A stretch of 63,837 nucleotides of DNA, the filler included, from Nitrospirae bacterium CG2_30_53_67 (lineage in GTDB: Bacteria > CG2-30-53-67): the NCBI GenBank assembly GCA_001873285.1. It is 5 parts of 5 records of this genome, joined end to end, with 100 filler letters (N's around TTAATTAATTAA, not from the genome) between each part and the next. Parts side by side here need not be neighbours in the genome. Positions count along the whole stretch, not along the records: positions 1 to 20,428 come from MNYV01000166.1; 4 more parts are not named here. One strand, written 5' to 3'. This document shows positions 1 through 9,980 of the stretch, in pieces. The position numbers and the translations under genes were made by a program. How positions within the stretch are numbered: position 1 is the stretch's first letter; each line of letters starts with the position of its first letter. The notes beneath the pieces are model-generated. The model searched no databases, was not told the origin of the DNA, and saw only the letters and a list, made by a program, of their open reading frames with translations.

Positions 1-1424
1 GAGAAGATATTGATCAGGTCCAGGGCATGAAGTTCGGACTTCCCCGCGTTCGGATAGTAACGCAAAACCAGATTGCCGAAGTCGATCTGAGAACCGGCCA
101 GGTATCCCTGATCGGCGTCCAGAAGATTATGATAAGCCGGGCGGATACTTACCTGCTGGAAGAAGTTTTTTTTCCAAAACCCCGCTCCCACGCCAAGGCG
201 GTTGGAGCCGTGCCCCAGGTCGGGGCGGATGGGCGTCGGAATTTCCGGACTTGCCTTGCCGGGTTGTCCGAGCCGGCTGCGGGCGTTGAGCAGGGCCAGA
301 TACCGGCGCCGGTATTCCTCCTGGGTCAATTCCTTTTCAAAATACCGGAACTCAATGGTTTCCGCGGAAAGATCGAGAATCCGAATCTCTCCGTCTCTGG
401 TGAGATTCTTCTGCGTCAGATCTTCCGGCGCTCTTTCACCCCTGATGACCTCTACAGCGGCTTTCTGTTCAGCATCGTTCATCTGCGATGCGATATGGCT
501 GATCCGTGTGGCCTTGGATGGGCGATAAAAAGCCTCTTTGAACAGTCCGCTGTCCCGGATCATCCGGACCGTGTCAATGGGAATGACCCAGGGCCGGCAC
601 GGATCGGTCAGGTTCAGCTCGGGACGGGCCGCCTCCAGGAGAAACAACAGGTTATAGGAGCAGTTTTCATCAAAGAAGAAGTAGTCGGAATAGATGTCCC
701 GCAATTCCCAGATGTGCAGGAACATCCGCATGGTTTCTTCTTCGCTCAGATTCAGGTCATACTCCCAGACATCCCGGCGTTTCAGGTCACTGTACTCCTT
801 CAGCTTTTCGTAATAGGGGAGTATGGAAAAATACCCTCGGTAAACCCCCAGGATCCCCTTGATAGCGTAAGCGAAGCCGTTGGTCTCATCGGTAACGGCC
901 GAGTAATTCACAGCGTAAGAGAGGAGTTTGCTTTCATAGGGGCCCTGAATGCTGATCAGGGTATGGCCGAACATCGAGGCGGGGCTGTTGACGTGAGTCG
1001 TCGGAAAAATCAGAACAGCGGATCTGGGCTGAACCTTGTTCAGGGCGCGCTGAAATTCATTGCAGGATATGGCCGGAAGCCTGTTCTCGTCGATTTCAAG
1101 CTCTTGTTTGAGCCAATCAAAGCGTGCGACAAAGCGGCAGCGGGGATGTTCATCATTCTCCGGTCCGGGCTGAAAAAGGGCTCGAAGTGTCGCGATGAGT
1201 TCGGCCTCCGGATTGTGCTTCCCATCTTCAGCCAGAAAAAATTTGGGGTCGTCGATCAAGCTGGTGACACCATGGAGTGAGGGCTTGTAATGGAGGAGGA
1301 TATGCCAGTTCCGCTGACGGTAAAGTTCTCTTTGCTCTGCTCCGGCAATCAGTTTAGAAAGATATGGGTCTTCCGGAGCAGCATCGGCAAGGCAGGGAGC
1401 GATCAGAGTCATGAGCAGAAACAT
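1..1424 (-). CDS. DUF4105 (Lnb N-terminal-like) domain exported protein, runs off the window start
   Basis: Manual minus-strand translation from ATG 1424: MFLLMTLIAPCLADAAPEDPYL...WHILLHYKPSLHGVTSLIDDPKFFLA. It has a signal peptide and lies next to DUF3015, its usual partner. Absent from the ORF track because there is no stop in the window. Confidence 0.8.
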   Translation of the reverse strand, partial: MFLLMTLIAPCLADAAPEDPYLSKLIAGAEQRELYRQRNWHILLHYKPSLHGVTSLIDDPKFFLAEDGKHNPEAELIATLRALFQPGPENDEHPRCRFVARFDWLKQELEIDENRLPAISCNEFQRALNKVQPRSAVLIFPTTHVNSPASMFGHTLISIQGPYESKLLSYAVNYSAVTDETNGFAYAIKGILGVYRGYFSILPYYEKLKEYSDLKRRDVWEYDLNLSEEETMRMFLHIWELRDIYSDYFFFDENCSYNLLFLLEAARPELNLTDPCRPWVIPIDTVRMIRDSGLFKEAFYRPSKATRISHIASQMNDAEQKAAVEVIRGERAPEDLTQKNLTRDGEIRILDLSAETIEFRYFEKELTQEEYRRRYLALLNARSRLGQPGKASPEIPTPIRPDLGHGSNRLGVGAGFWKKNFFQQVSIRPAYHNLLDADQGYLAGSQIDFGNLVLRYYPNAGKSELHALDLINIF

Positions 1425-1425
1425 G

Positions 1426-1470
1426 AAAAAGGCGGGACACTGAAGGTATAACCTTCTGTGCCCCGCCTTT
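1426..1470 (-). terminator. Intrinsic terminator-like hairpin between the DUF3015 and DUF4105 genes
   Basis: Minus strand AAAGGCGGGGCAC-AGAAGGT-TAT-ACCTTC-A-GTGTCCCGCCTTTTT: long GC stem followed by a U-run. Confidence 0.7.
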
Positions 1471-1507
1471 CGGTTTAGATTTAAAGATTGTGAATGAACG
1501 AGGATCA

Positions 1508-1981
1508 TTAATTAATTGCGACGGCAATTCTATCCAGGATCGTCGCTGCATTTTCGGCGCCCGTTACAAAGATGTTTCCGAAATGACTCTGAAGCTTAGA
1601 GGCAAACTCGGGCCGGGCGGACTCCGGGATCTCCATCAGCTCCGCCAGGGTATCCAAAGACTCGCCTTGTCCTTTGGCGATGTCCTTGGCCAGGTTATCC
1701 GTGTTCCTTGAAGCGAACTCCATGAGGCGCTCACTGGCGGCAATCTTGGATGGCTGCTCGCACTCCAGTGTGCCTGAGGTAATGCCGAAAAGCTGATTGG
1801 CAAACGTTCCGTTGGTTGTAGCCTGAAGAGTTTGGGAAACTACGGAATTGTCCGAATTGCCCGCCCAGAGCACAGTGCCGAGGCCGCAGCCGCAATTGTT
1901 GTGTGCCTGCCCGGCAAAAGCCGTTCCTGCCATGAGCACGAAGCTGAGAAGAACCATCCATACGACCATGAGCTTCTTCAT
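1508..1981 (-). CDS. DUF3015 family secreted protein
   Basis: Signal peptide, then GCGLG...QATTNGT..NQLFGITSGTLEC and LAKDIAKGQGESL motifs. RBS AAGGAGG precedes ATG 1981. Confidence 0.85.
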   Translation of the reverse strand: MKKLMVVWMVLLSFVLMAGTAFAGQAHNNCGCGLGTVLWAGNSDNSVVSQTLQATTNGTFANQLFGITSGTLECEQPSKIAASERLMEFASRNTDNLAKDIAKGQGESLDTLAELMEIPESARPEFASKLQSHFGNIFVTGAENAATILDRIAVAIN

Positions 1982-2142
1982 ACTGTTGTCCTCCTTCAAA
2001 AATAGTTTATAAAATAGCCTGTCATTCAATGATACAATTTAATGATAAAACCTCAAAAGGTCAAGCAGAATCATATAACCGGTACTGAACCGTGTACACC
2101 ATGAGAGTCAGGCCTGCCCGGATGTTTAAGATACCTGTTCCC

Positions 2143-3246
2143 TCAGCGGCCCATGGGAATGCTCATCAGGAGATCCTCGTTGGTTGGATGCTTATCGATC
2201 AGCCTCAGAAGCGTTTCCATGGCTTCGTCGGGTTTCAGGTCCGCCAGTGCCCGGCGGAGCGTTGAGATGCGCCGGCTCTCATCCTCACTGTACAGCCGCT
2301 CTTCCTTCCGGGTGCTGCTGGAGCGAATGTTGATGGCCGGAAAGATATGGGCTTCAGCTAGGGAGCGCTCCAGGACGATCTCGCTGTTGCCGGTCCCCTT
2401 GAACTCTTCGAAGATCAACTGGTCCATGAGGGAGCCGGTATCAACCAGGGCCGTGGCGATAATGGTCACGGAGCCGCCGCCCTCGATGTTTCTCGCAAGG
2501 CCAAAAAAGCGGCGCGGAATCTCCAGCGCCCCTGCCCCCAGGCCGCCTGAAAGGGTCCGTCCCGAGTTGGAACCTTTAACGTTAAAAGCCCTCCCCATGC
2601 GTGTGAGGCTGTCGACCAGGACCACCACATTACGGCCGCACTCAAGATCGGTACGGATATGTGCGAGTGTCAATTCGGCCAGATCCACGTGCTCCTGCAT
2701 GCTCTGATCGCTGCTGCTTGAGAGGACCTCCGCTTCCACGGAACGTTGAAAGTCGGTGACTTCTTCAGGCCGTTCATCGAGCAACAGAAAGATGATCCGG
2801 GTCCCGGGGTCGTCCGCATGGATGGCATTGGCCATCTGCTTCAGGAGCATGGTCTTGCCGGCCTTGGGCGGAGAGACAATCAGGCCCCGTGTGCCCTTGC
2901 CGATCGGCGCTACAAGATCAACGATACGCATGCTCGTCTCACCCGATGCGGCCAGGTGGAACCGTTCACAAGGGTCGATGGCTGTAAGGATTTTAAAAGG
3001 CCTTCGGCCGCAAAAGGCATCGGGCGTGAGGCCGCAGACCGACTCTACCGAGGAGAGTTCAGGCCCGTTCGGTCCCTTCCTGATGGAGCCGGTGACGGCA
3101 GCCCCCTCAACGAGGCCATACTCCCGAATGAGTCTGGACGGAACAGCGACATCATTGGGCCTTTTCCGAAAGGAAAACAAGGGGTCGCGCAGCACGCCGC
3201 CTCCCTTGCTGGTCATTTTTAAAACGCCGCCGGCTGTGTTGGGCAT
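2143..3246 (-). CDS. rho: Transcription termination factor Rho (short form)
   Basis: APIGKGTRGLIVSPPKAGKT, DERPEEVTDF and FEEFKGTGNSE motifs. RBS GGAGG precedes ATG 3246. Confidence 0.9.
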   Translation of the reverse strand: MPNTAGGVLKMTSKGGGVLRDPLFSFRKRPNDVAVPSRLIREYGLVEGAAVTGSIRKGPNGPELSSVESVCGLTPDAFCGRRPFKILTAIDPCERFHLAASGETSMRIVDLVAPIGKGTRGLIVSPPKAGKTMLLKQMANAIHADDPGTRIIFLLLDERPEEVTDFQRSVEAEVLSSSSDQSMQEHVDLAELTLAHIRTDLECGRNVVVLVDSLTRMGRAFNVKGSNSGRTLSGGLGAGALEIPRRFFGLARNIEGGGSVTIIATALVDTGSLMDQLIFEEFKGTGNSEIVLERSLAEAHIFPAINIRSSSTRKEERLYSEDESRRISTLRRALADLKPDEAMETLLRLIDKHPTNEDLLMSIPMGR

Positions 3247-3307
3247 GAAACGGATTTCTCCTCCTGCGGGACAATTCTGAAGGCATCTTGTCTGATTAAA
3301 TAAGGGC

Positions 3308-3546
3308 AAACCCCCGGCTGTGCCGGGGGACTCCAAGAGTTTGACAATTCCGGGAGTATGCAGTTAACCGAAAATGCTTTACCCCTCACCCTTGCCCTCT
3401 CCCACAAGGGGCGAGGGAACTGCCAGCGGCCTCCCAGCCCTTGATGGGAGGGGACTCCGGGGAGGGTGTTTTTAACCGTTTGCGAATAGGCCCCTTTGAG
3501 GGGCCGGCAAACGTCAAGCCTCCGGTTTTGCCGGAGGTTGATGACT
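3308..3546. mobile_element. Non-autonomous IS200/IS605-like miniature element (copy 1) with internal REP-like palindromes
   Basis: Subterminal hairpins CCCCCGGC-TGT-GCCGGGGG and CCTCCGG-TTTTG-CCGGAGG, no TIR, no ORF. A near-identical copy lies at 10901-11140. Confidence 0.6.
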
Positions 3547-3903
3547 TTTCCTTTCTTTGTGAGATCTGGTGGTTTCTTTTCTTCAGGTAAAATTGCCACT
3601 CAAGATATACCACCAAGGATGACAGCGTCAATAGGAAATGCCCGAACCAGCTATTCACCATCGATGTGGTTATCGTCGGACTGCACCACGGGCCCCTCTG
3701 GAGTGCCCGGAAGGTCGGGGGCCTTCTCGATGCGGGATGGATTCCAGACGGTCGGAAGACTTTGACATGCTTATCCTGACCGAGGTGCAGATGTATCGGG
3801 TGGGCGTCGGCAGTGAGGTTGACAATCTCCCATACCCCGTATTGACATTCTCCGGAAAATCTGCAAGGATGGTCAGCGGATCAAAGCTTATCAAGGAGGG
3901 TGC

Positions 3904-5199
3904 ATGACTGACCGCGTGTGGATTGAAGATATCTCCAAATATGAAGGCAAAGAAGTTCTGCTCCAGGGATGGCTCTACAACAGGCGCTCCAGCGGCAAAC
4001 TCCATTTTCTTCAGGTCCGGGACGGAACAGGGATCATTCAATGCGTGGTTTTCAAGGGGGACGTCTCTCCGGAGCTTTTTGATCTGGCCGATAGGATTTC
4101 TCAGGAATCAGCCATAGAAGTCCGCGGCAGGGTCAAGAGGGATGAGAGATCACCCCTCGGGTATGAGCTGGGCGTTACTGATCTGTCGCTGGTGCATGAG
4201 GCCCTTGACTACCCGATCACGCCCAAGGAGCACGGCGTCGCCTTTCTCATGGATCACCGGCACCTCTGGCTCCGCTCCTCCCGCCAGCACGCCATCCTCC
4301 GGATCCGTCATGAAGTGATCCGGGCGGTACGCGATTTCTTTGACGGCAAGGGATTCACCCTTCTGGACGCTCCGATTTTTACCCCCAACGCCTGTGAGGG
4401 GACCACGACCCTTTTCAGCACCGAATATTTTGAGACCCAGGCCTACCTGACGCAGAGCGGGCAGCTCTACAACGAAGCCGGGGCCATGGCTTTCGGCAAG
4501 GTCTACTGTTTCGGTCCCACGTTCCGGGCGGAGAAGTCCAAGACCCGGCGCCACCTGACCGAGTTCTGGATGGTGGAGCCTGAGATGGCCTATTGCGACC
4601 TGAACCAGGATATGGATCTGGCCGAGGAGTTCGTGGAGTTCGTGATTCAGCGGGTGCTGGAAAACAGACTCCCTGAGTTGAAAATCATCGAGCGGGACAT
4701 CGAACCTCTGAAGAGAGCCAAGCGGCCTTTCCCGAGGATCACCTATTCGGAGGCCATCGAAATCCTTCGTCGGAAAGGGAACAACACGCCATGGGGGGAG
4801 GACCTGGGGGGAGACGAGGAGACGCTGATCTCGGATGAGTTCGACCGGCCGGTCATGATCCACCGGTATCCGGTGAAGTGCAAGGCCTTTTACATGAAGA
4901 CCGATCCGGGCCATCCGGAGGCGGCGCTCTGTGTGGACATGCTGGCCCCGGAAGGTTACGGGGAGATCATCGGAGGCGGCCAGCGTGAGGATGACTACGA
5001 GACGCTCAAAGAGAAGATCCTGCATCACGGTCTCTCTCCGGAGGTTTTCGGCTGGTATCTGGATCTACGCAGGTACGGTTCTGTGCCCCACGCCGGCTTC
5101 GGGATGGGGATTGAGCGGGCCGTGGCATGGATCTGCGGCTTGAAGCATGTGCGGGAAACCATCCCCTTCCCGAGGATGATGGAGCGGCTTACACCGTGA
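3904..5199 (+). CDS. asnS: Asparagine--tRNA ligase
   Basis: OB fold, [34 protein letters not shown] and [10 protein letters not shown] class IIb motifs. Confidence 0.95.
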   Translation: MTDRVWIEDISKYEGKEVLLQGWLYNRRSSGKLHFLQVRDGTGIIQCVVFKGDVSPELFDLADRISQESAIEVRGRVKRDERSPLGYELGVTDLSLVHEALDYPITPKEHGVAFLMDHRHLWLRSSRQHAILRIRHEVIRAVRDFFDGKGFTLLDAPIFTPNACEGTTTLFSTEYFETQAYLTQSGQLYNEAGAMAFGKVYCFGPTFRAEKSKTRRHLTEFWMVEPEMAYCDLNQDMDLAEEFVEFVIQRVLENRLPELKIIERDIEPLKRAKRPFPRITYSEAIEILRRKGNNTPWGEDLGGDEETLISDEFDRPVMIHRYPVKCKAFYMKTDPGHPEAALCVDMLAPEGYGEIIGGGQREDDYETLKEKILHHGLSPEVFGWYLDLRRYGSVPHAGFGMGIERAVAWICGLKHVRETIPFPRMMERLTP

Positions 5200-5207
5200 A
5201 CATCTTT

Positions 5208-5441
5208 GGTTCTTCTCCCATATAGCGGGTAAAAAGGGTTCGAGGATTCCAGGGTTCAAGGGGTCAAGTGAAATACTGAAACGCAAGCAAAATCCCCAGA
5301 GAAAAACACTGGAACCCTTGAACCCTAGGACCCTCGGCCCCTTATGTCTTTTGCACTTCACTTGACCCCTTGACCCCTTGAGCCCTTGAGCCCTTGACCC
5401 CTTGACCCCTTGACCCCTTAACCCCTTAACTCCTTGGACTC
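5208..5441 (-). mobile_element. Heptamer-repeat MITE family copy (reverse orientation, one end lost)
   Basis: Begins GGTTCTTCTCCCA. Its interior is the reverse complement of the 38699-39005 copy, and it ends in an expanded (GACCCCTT/GACCCTT)n tract. Confidence 0.7.
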
Positions 5442-5459
5442 TTGTATCCTCCAGCAGGA

Positions 5460-5957
5460 TTATCGCTTCTGAGGTTTGTCAGAGGAAGAACCCTTTCCCT
5501 CTTCTGCTTTCACCGGGGCCTTTTCCCGAATCACCGTGAAGGGGCCTCTGCTTCTCTCCAGAATGTCTGTCCAGACGCCTTCCATCCGGTCTCCCTGTAC
5601 TTTTGCTTCGAAGGAAAAAATATGGCCGTTCCTGAAATTGCTTCCGTTGGACGTGGCGGAGAAGGTCACATTGTTGTCGACGAACTTTCCTCCTGAAATG
5701 ATCGCTTCTTCGAAAGTCCCATCCATGGAGGTGATCGTCCCCCAGACTTCGCCGCCCTCTTTGGTGTTCAGTTTCAACGAAAAGGTCGGGTTGGGGCTGC
5801 CGGTCTGCTGGGCGGTGCCGGACCATGTCCCCCGGATGTTTCGTCCGGCTTCACCTTCGGCCTGTTTCTTCCCTTTAGAGCATCCCATGATCATCAAGAG
5901 TGAAAGAAAGATAGTCAGGACAAGAAGTCTTCGATCGATGCGGCCTGCAGAATTCAT
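5460..5957 (-). CDS. Hypothetical lipoprotein
   Basis: Lipobox-like LMIMGC followed by a beta-rich domain (GTWSG...EGVW). Confidence 0.7.
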   Translation of the reverse strand: MNSAGRIDRRLLVLTIFLSLLMIMGCSKGKKQAEGEAGRNIRGTWSGTAQQTGSPNPTFSLKLNTKEGGEVWGTITSMDGTFEEAIISGGKFVDNNVTFSATSNGSNFRNGHIFSFEAKVQGDRMEGVWTDILERSRGPFTVIREKAPVKAEEGKGSSSDKPQKR

Positions 5958-6086
5958 AAAAAGCCCCCCTCAGATTTATATTGAAACGCTCTATTCTTAA
6001 GACGAGTCATCAATAAATTTAAATATTAAAATGTATATATTAAGAGGAACAAAATCAAGGATAAATTGTAAAGAAAAGCTGATTTT

Positions 6087-6857
6087 TCAGTTTTTCTTCT
6101 CTTTGACGCCCCATGTGGTCAGTCGTTTGATCTCATCGGAATTGAGTTTTCTGAATTTCCCGAGGGGAAGGCCGCCCAGGGAGACCGGGCCGATGCGGAT
6201 CCTTTTGAGTTTGAGGACTGAATGCCCGATTTTATCAAACATGCGTCGGATCTCCCTCTTTCTCCCTTCATGGATGGTGATCTCCAGGAAGGTATTGACA
6301 GGAAGAGGCCGGACGTTCCGTATCACGGCCGGAGCGGTAAGCCCGTCGGGGAGATGGACCCCCCGTTTCAGTTTATCGAGTTTTGAGGGGGTCAGCTTTC
6401 CTTTCACCTTGACCAGGTAGGTCTTGGGCATGCGGCGCCTGGGGTGCATGATCTCATTGGCGAGTTCACCGTCATTGGTGAGGATGATCAATCCTTCAGA
6501 GTTGCAGTCGAGACGGCCCACCGGGAAGAGGCGCGCTTTGATCCCCCCTCGGATCAATTCCATGATCGTGGAGCGGTTTTGCGGATCCTTGAGGGTGGTG
6601 ACATATCCGATCGGTTTGTTCAGGGCCAGGTAGACTTTTTTCTGCTGTGATTGGATGAGCTTGCCGCGAACCTTGATATGACAGTGTTCCGGGTCGACCT
6701 GTGTCCCGAGATGGGTGATCACCTGACCGTTGACCGTGACCAGGCCTTGCCTGATCATCTCTTCAGCCTCCCTTCTGGATGCAACTCCGGCATCGGCAAT
6801 GGCTTTCTGGAGACGGATCATGTTTTTGGTCATCTCTTTTTTGACTTCAGTATTCAT
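6087..6857 (-). CDS. rluB: 23S rRNA pseudouridine synthase (RluB/RsuA family)
   Basis: S4 domain RLQKAIADAGVASRR and catalytic PVGRLD; lies downstream of scpAB. Confidence 0.88.
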   Translation of the reverse strand: MNTEVKKEMTKNMIRLQKAIADAGVASRREAEEMIRQGLVTVNGQVITHLGTQVDPEHCHIKVRGKLIQSQQKKVYLALNKPIGYVTTLKDPQNRSTIMELIRGGIKARLFPVGRLDCNSEGLIILTNDGELANEIMHPRRRMPKTYLVKVKGKLTPSKLDKLKRGVHLPDGLTAPAVIRNVRPLPVNTFLEITIHEGRKREIRRMFDKIGHSVLKLKRIRIGPVSLGGLPLGKFRKLNSDEIKRLTTWGVKEKKN

Positions 6858-6908
6858 TTGGTGTTATGATAAATAGGATCCTATAACGTTATTGCAGAAA
6901 GCATCAAC

Positions 6909-7181
6909 ATGGCCTTCATTCAGGGCAATCCACTGGCTGTGGCAAAAGATGTCGCAGAAGGATATGTTTTCGTCACGCCGATCTTCCTCAAAAAATTTGT
7001 GGAATCGGACTACAAAGAACTCTACCACAATCTCATCAAGGTGCAGAAGCTGGTACGGGCCGAAAGCCCTGACCCCAGGGATCATCATGCCGTGCGGCAG
7101 CGCAACATGCGGTTGCAGCGCCTGAACAACAGTCTGGTTGTGCTCAAGCACCAATGCAAGGTTAAAAAGATCCTGCTATAA
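6909..7181 (+). CDS. Hypothetical 90-aa protein
   Basis: Clean ATG ORF with helical, basic composition filling the gap between scpB and rluB on the opposite strand. Confidence 0.6.
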   Translation: MAFIQGNPLAVAKDVAEGYVFVTPIFLKKFVESDYKELYHNLIKVQKLVRAESPDPRDHHAVRQRNMRLQRLNNSLVVLKHQCKVKKILL

Positions 7182-7910
7182 AATATCTTCCTGATGATCT
7201 TCCGCAAAGTCCTCTGCATCCTTGATGTTCTGCTCGTAAGTGATGCCGTTATCCTCCGGAATTTCCTGATCTTCCGACACGTCTTGACCTCCCGGACCCC
7301 CCTCAGCCGAGGTTCCGTCCGGAGAGGGAGAGACGGCGCTTGCATCTTCCGGTTCCGGAGGCATGTTTTCCTCGTGCTCCTCGAGGATCTCCTGAAACTC
7401 CTTGAGGGTCGGGAGGTCCTTGAGGGATCGGAGCCCGAAGTATTCCAGGAACTCCCTGGTCGTGGCATACATGATGGGATTGCCGACCGCATCCATCCGT
7501 CCTGTAATTTTGATCAGATTCCTGTCGAGCAGGGTCTTGATGACTCCGGATGAATTGACCCCTCGGATCGACTCGATCTCCGGGGTTGTGACCGGCTGCT
7601 TGTAGGCGATGATCGCCAGGACTTCAAGCGAAGCCGGAGAAAGCCGGACCTTTTTCGGACGGCGGAGCTTCTTGATCCAGACCACGAGGTCTTTGCGTGT
7701 GAGCAGGCGGTATCCGCCCGCGGCCTCGATCACTTGAACGGCCCTGTTCCCTTCTTCCAGGGATCTTGCGAGATCGGCGACGGCCTTCCTGACCGCCTGT
7801 TTGTCCAGGCCTTCGGGTTCAAGGATCTCATGAAGTTGTTCCAGGGAGATGGGCGTTTCCGAGGCGAAGATCAGCCCTTCAATGACCCGGATCAATTCAG
7901 TCTCGTTCAT
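7176..7910 (-). CDS. scpB: SMC-Scp complex subunit ScpB
   Basis: IEGLIFAS, LSPASLEVLAIIAYKQPVT and YATTREFLEYFGL motifs. Confidence 0.95.
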   Translation of the reverse strand: MNETELIRVIEGLIFASETPISLEQLHEILEPEGLDKQAVRKAVADLARSLEEGNRAVQVIEAAGGYRLLTRKDLVVWIKKLRRPKKVRLSPASLEVLAIIAYKQPVTTPEIESIRGVNSSGVIKTLLDRNLIKITGRMDAVGNPIMYATTREFLEYFGLRSLKDLPTLKEFQEILEEHEENMPPEPEDASAVSPSPDGTSAEGGPGGQDVSEDQEIPEDNGITYEQNIKDAEDFAEDHQEDIL

Positions 7911-8692
7911 GTTTCCTCCGATAGGGATTCAGATTCTTCTGCAAAAGAAGGGGGCCCGTCTTTCGGCGGTTTCTCCTGCTCGTTCACGGCCTTCTGGATC
8001 CGGATGGGCCCGAACCGGTCGGTCTGTTCGATCCGGACCAGGCGCAGGCGGATGATCTCAAGGAGGGCGAGAAAGGTGAGGATGATCTCATGCCGGGTGG
8101 GGGTTTCATGGAACAGGTCCTCGAAACGGATGCTTTCACGATACTCCAGGGTCTCCATGATCCATGAGATCTTCTCCTTGATGGTCATGGCATCAACCGT
8201 GATCTCGTGTACGTCGTCGGTCGAGGCCTTATTCAGAACGTTCCGGAATGCCTCGATCAGGTCCATGAGGTTCAGGTTGATCAGGACCACTTCCCGCTCC
8301 TCTTTGGCATGATCCGCCGAACCGAATGCATAGGAATCGATCCAGAGATTCTCCTGGTCTTTCAGCGAATGGGCCGCCTCCTTGTATTTCTTATATTCCA
8401 GGAGGCGCTCGATCAGTTCCTGGCGCGGATCTACCCCTCCCTCCTCCTCCTCATCGGTCTCTTCAGGAGGAAGGAGCATCCTGGACTTGATTTGTGTCAG
8501 TGTGGCGGCCATGACAAGAAACTCCCCCGCGACATCCAGGTTCAATGTCTTCATCAGGTCGAGATATTCCAGGTATTCCCGTGTAATCAGCGCGATAGGG
8601 ATATCGTAGATATCGATTTCGTGCTTCTGTATCAGGTAGAGCAGAAGGTCCAACGGGCCTTCAAAAACGTTCAGCTTGACCTTGTAGGACAT
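7907..8692 (-). CDS. scpA: Segregation/condensation protein ScpA
   Basis: MSYKVKLNVFEGPLDLLLYLI and TFLALLE motifs; true start is ATG 8692. Confidence 0.95.
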   Translation of the reverse strand: MSYKVKLNVFEGPLDLLLYLIQKHEIDIYDIPIALITREYLEYLDLMKTLNLDVAGEFLVMAATLTQIKSRMLLPPEETDEEEEGGVDPRQELIERLLEYKKYKEAAHSLKDQENLWIDSYAFGSADHAKEEREVVLINLNLMDLIEAFRNVLNKASTDDVHEITVDAMTIKEKISWIMETLEYRESIRFEDLFHETPTRHEIILTFLALLEIIRLRLVRIEQTDRFGPIRIQKAVNEQEKPPKDGPPSFAEESESLSEET

Positions 8693-8751
8693 GGATACAA
8701 CCCTCCGATCGGGAGTATCAAGGGTCTCGTAATAGAATTGACATGGATTGT

Positions 8752-8864
8752 AAAATCTCCCCTCGCCCCTCTTCCCCGATAAAATCATTCGAGGACAAGT
8801 TTTCAAAGAGGGGTAAATTCCTCCCGGCGCCTGCCCTCGAATGGGTTTATCGGGGGAGGGATTT
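8752..8864. repeat. REP-like palindromic repeat
   Basis: AAATCTCCCC...GATAAAATCATTCGAGGACAAG...CAAAGAGGGG, repeated at about 24346-24406. Confidence 0.6.
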
Positions 8865-8915
8865 ATAGAGATCATGTCGTTACAATTTTAAGACCATTAA
8901 TAAGCCCGTGACGGA

Positions 8916-9905
8916 TCAAAAAGAAATCTTCATCGCCTCTCGGACCTGAGCCATGGTCTGCGAAGCGGCCCTTGCAGCCGATGCCGTGCCCTGCTCAACG
9001 ATCTCGATGATCCGTTTCTTGTCTGCGGCGACGGCGGCCCGCTTTTCATGGATCGGGGAGAGCTTCCGGATCATGTTGCCGGCCAGGATTTTCTTACAGT
9101 CCACACATCCGATCCCCGCGGTCCGGCATTCGTGGGCAATCCGTTCGACCTCTTCACGACTGGAAAAAATCTTATGGTATGCGAAGACCGGGGAGACATC
9201 GGGATCGCCGGTGTCCTGTCTCCTCTTGCGCTGGGGATCGGTCATCATGTTCCGGACCTTGTTCCGGATCACCTCCTCGGAATCGGAGAGGTAGATGCAG
9301 TTGTCGTAGCTCTTGCTCATCTTCCTGCCGTCGGTTCCAGGGAGTTTCGGGATCTCTGCAAGGATGGCCTGGGGGTCTGGAAAGACCTCGCCATACAGGT
9401 GGTTGAACCGGCGGCCGATCTCCCTCGTGAGTTCGAGGTGAGGGACTTGATCAATGCCCACCGGGACCTTGTGGGCCTTGTAGATCAGGATGTCCGCAGC
9501 CTGGAGCACCGGATAGCCCAGGAATCCGAACGTGGAGAGATCCTTTTCCGTGAGCTGCTGCTGCTGTTCCTTATAGGTGGGACAGCGCTCCAGCCAAGGC
9601 AGGGGAGTGATCATGGAAAGGAGGAGATGGAGAACCGCATGGTCCGGGACCATGGACTGGACGAAGATCGTGGCTTTTTCGGGGTCGATCCCCACCGCAA
9701 GCCAGTCGATCAGCATCTCATGGATATAGGTCCGTATATCCGAGGTTGAGGCGTACTCCGTGGTCAGGGCATGCCAGTCGGCTACAAAAAAGAAACAATC
9801 ATAGGTTTCCTGCATCTCTTTCCAGTTTTTCAGCGCCCCCAGGTAGTTCCCCAGATGGAGTTTCCCTGTCGGGCGCATCCCGCTTAAGACCCGCTCTTTA
9901 GTCAT
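8916..9905 (-). CDS. trpS: Tryptophan--tRNA ligase
   Basis: SGMRPTGKLHLGNY (HIGH-like), YPVLQAADIL and KMSKS motifs. Confidence 0.96.
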   Translation of the reverse strand: MTKERVLSGMRPTGKLHLGNYLGALKNWKEMQETYDCFFFVADWHALTTEYASTSDIRTYIHEMLIDWLAVGIDPEKATIFVQSMVPDHAVLHLLLSMITPLPWLERCPTYKEQQQQLTEKDLSTFGFLGYPVLQAADILIYKAHKVPVGIDQVPHLELTREIGRRFNHLYGEVFPDPQAILAEIPKLPGTDGRKMSKSYDNCIYLSDSEEVIRNKVRNMMTDPQRKRRQDTGDPDVSPVFAYHKIFSSREEVERIAHECRTAGIGCVDCKKILAGNMIRKLSPIHEKRAAVAADKKRIIEIVEQGTASAARAASQTMAQVREAMKISF

Positions 9906-9916
9906 TCCGTCTCCTT

Positions 9917-9956
9917 ACCACAGAGAACACAAAGTATTCTCTGTGTACTCTGTGGT
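9917..9956. repeat. Short palindrome ACCACAGAG...CTCTGTGGT
   Basis: Same arms as the larger palindrome cluster at 62299-62465. Confidence 0.55.
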
Positions 9957-9980
9957 TAGCTTTTGACATGGCCTTGACCA

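Noticed and set aside
27..1280. 417-aa plus-strand ORF
   Set aside because: Antisense shadow of the DUF4105 gene; no recognisable motifs.
3386..3770. Short minus-strand ORFs between rho and asnS
   Set aside because: No motifs; frames run into the miniature element; coding status cannot be supported.
8693..8875. N-terminal extension of ScpA (likewise Rho 3247-3336 and DsrB 46495-46728)
   Set aside because: These run through repeats or the upstream gene; downstream starts match the family N-termini or have an RBS.
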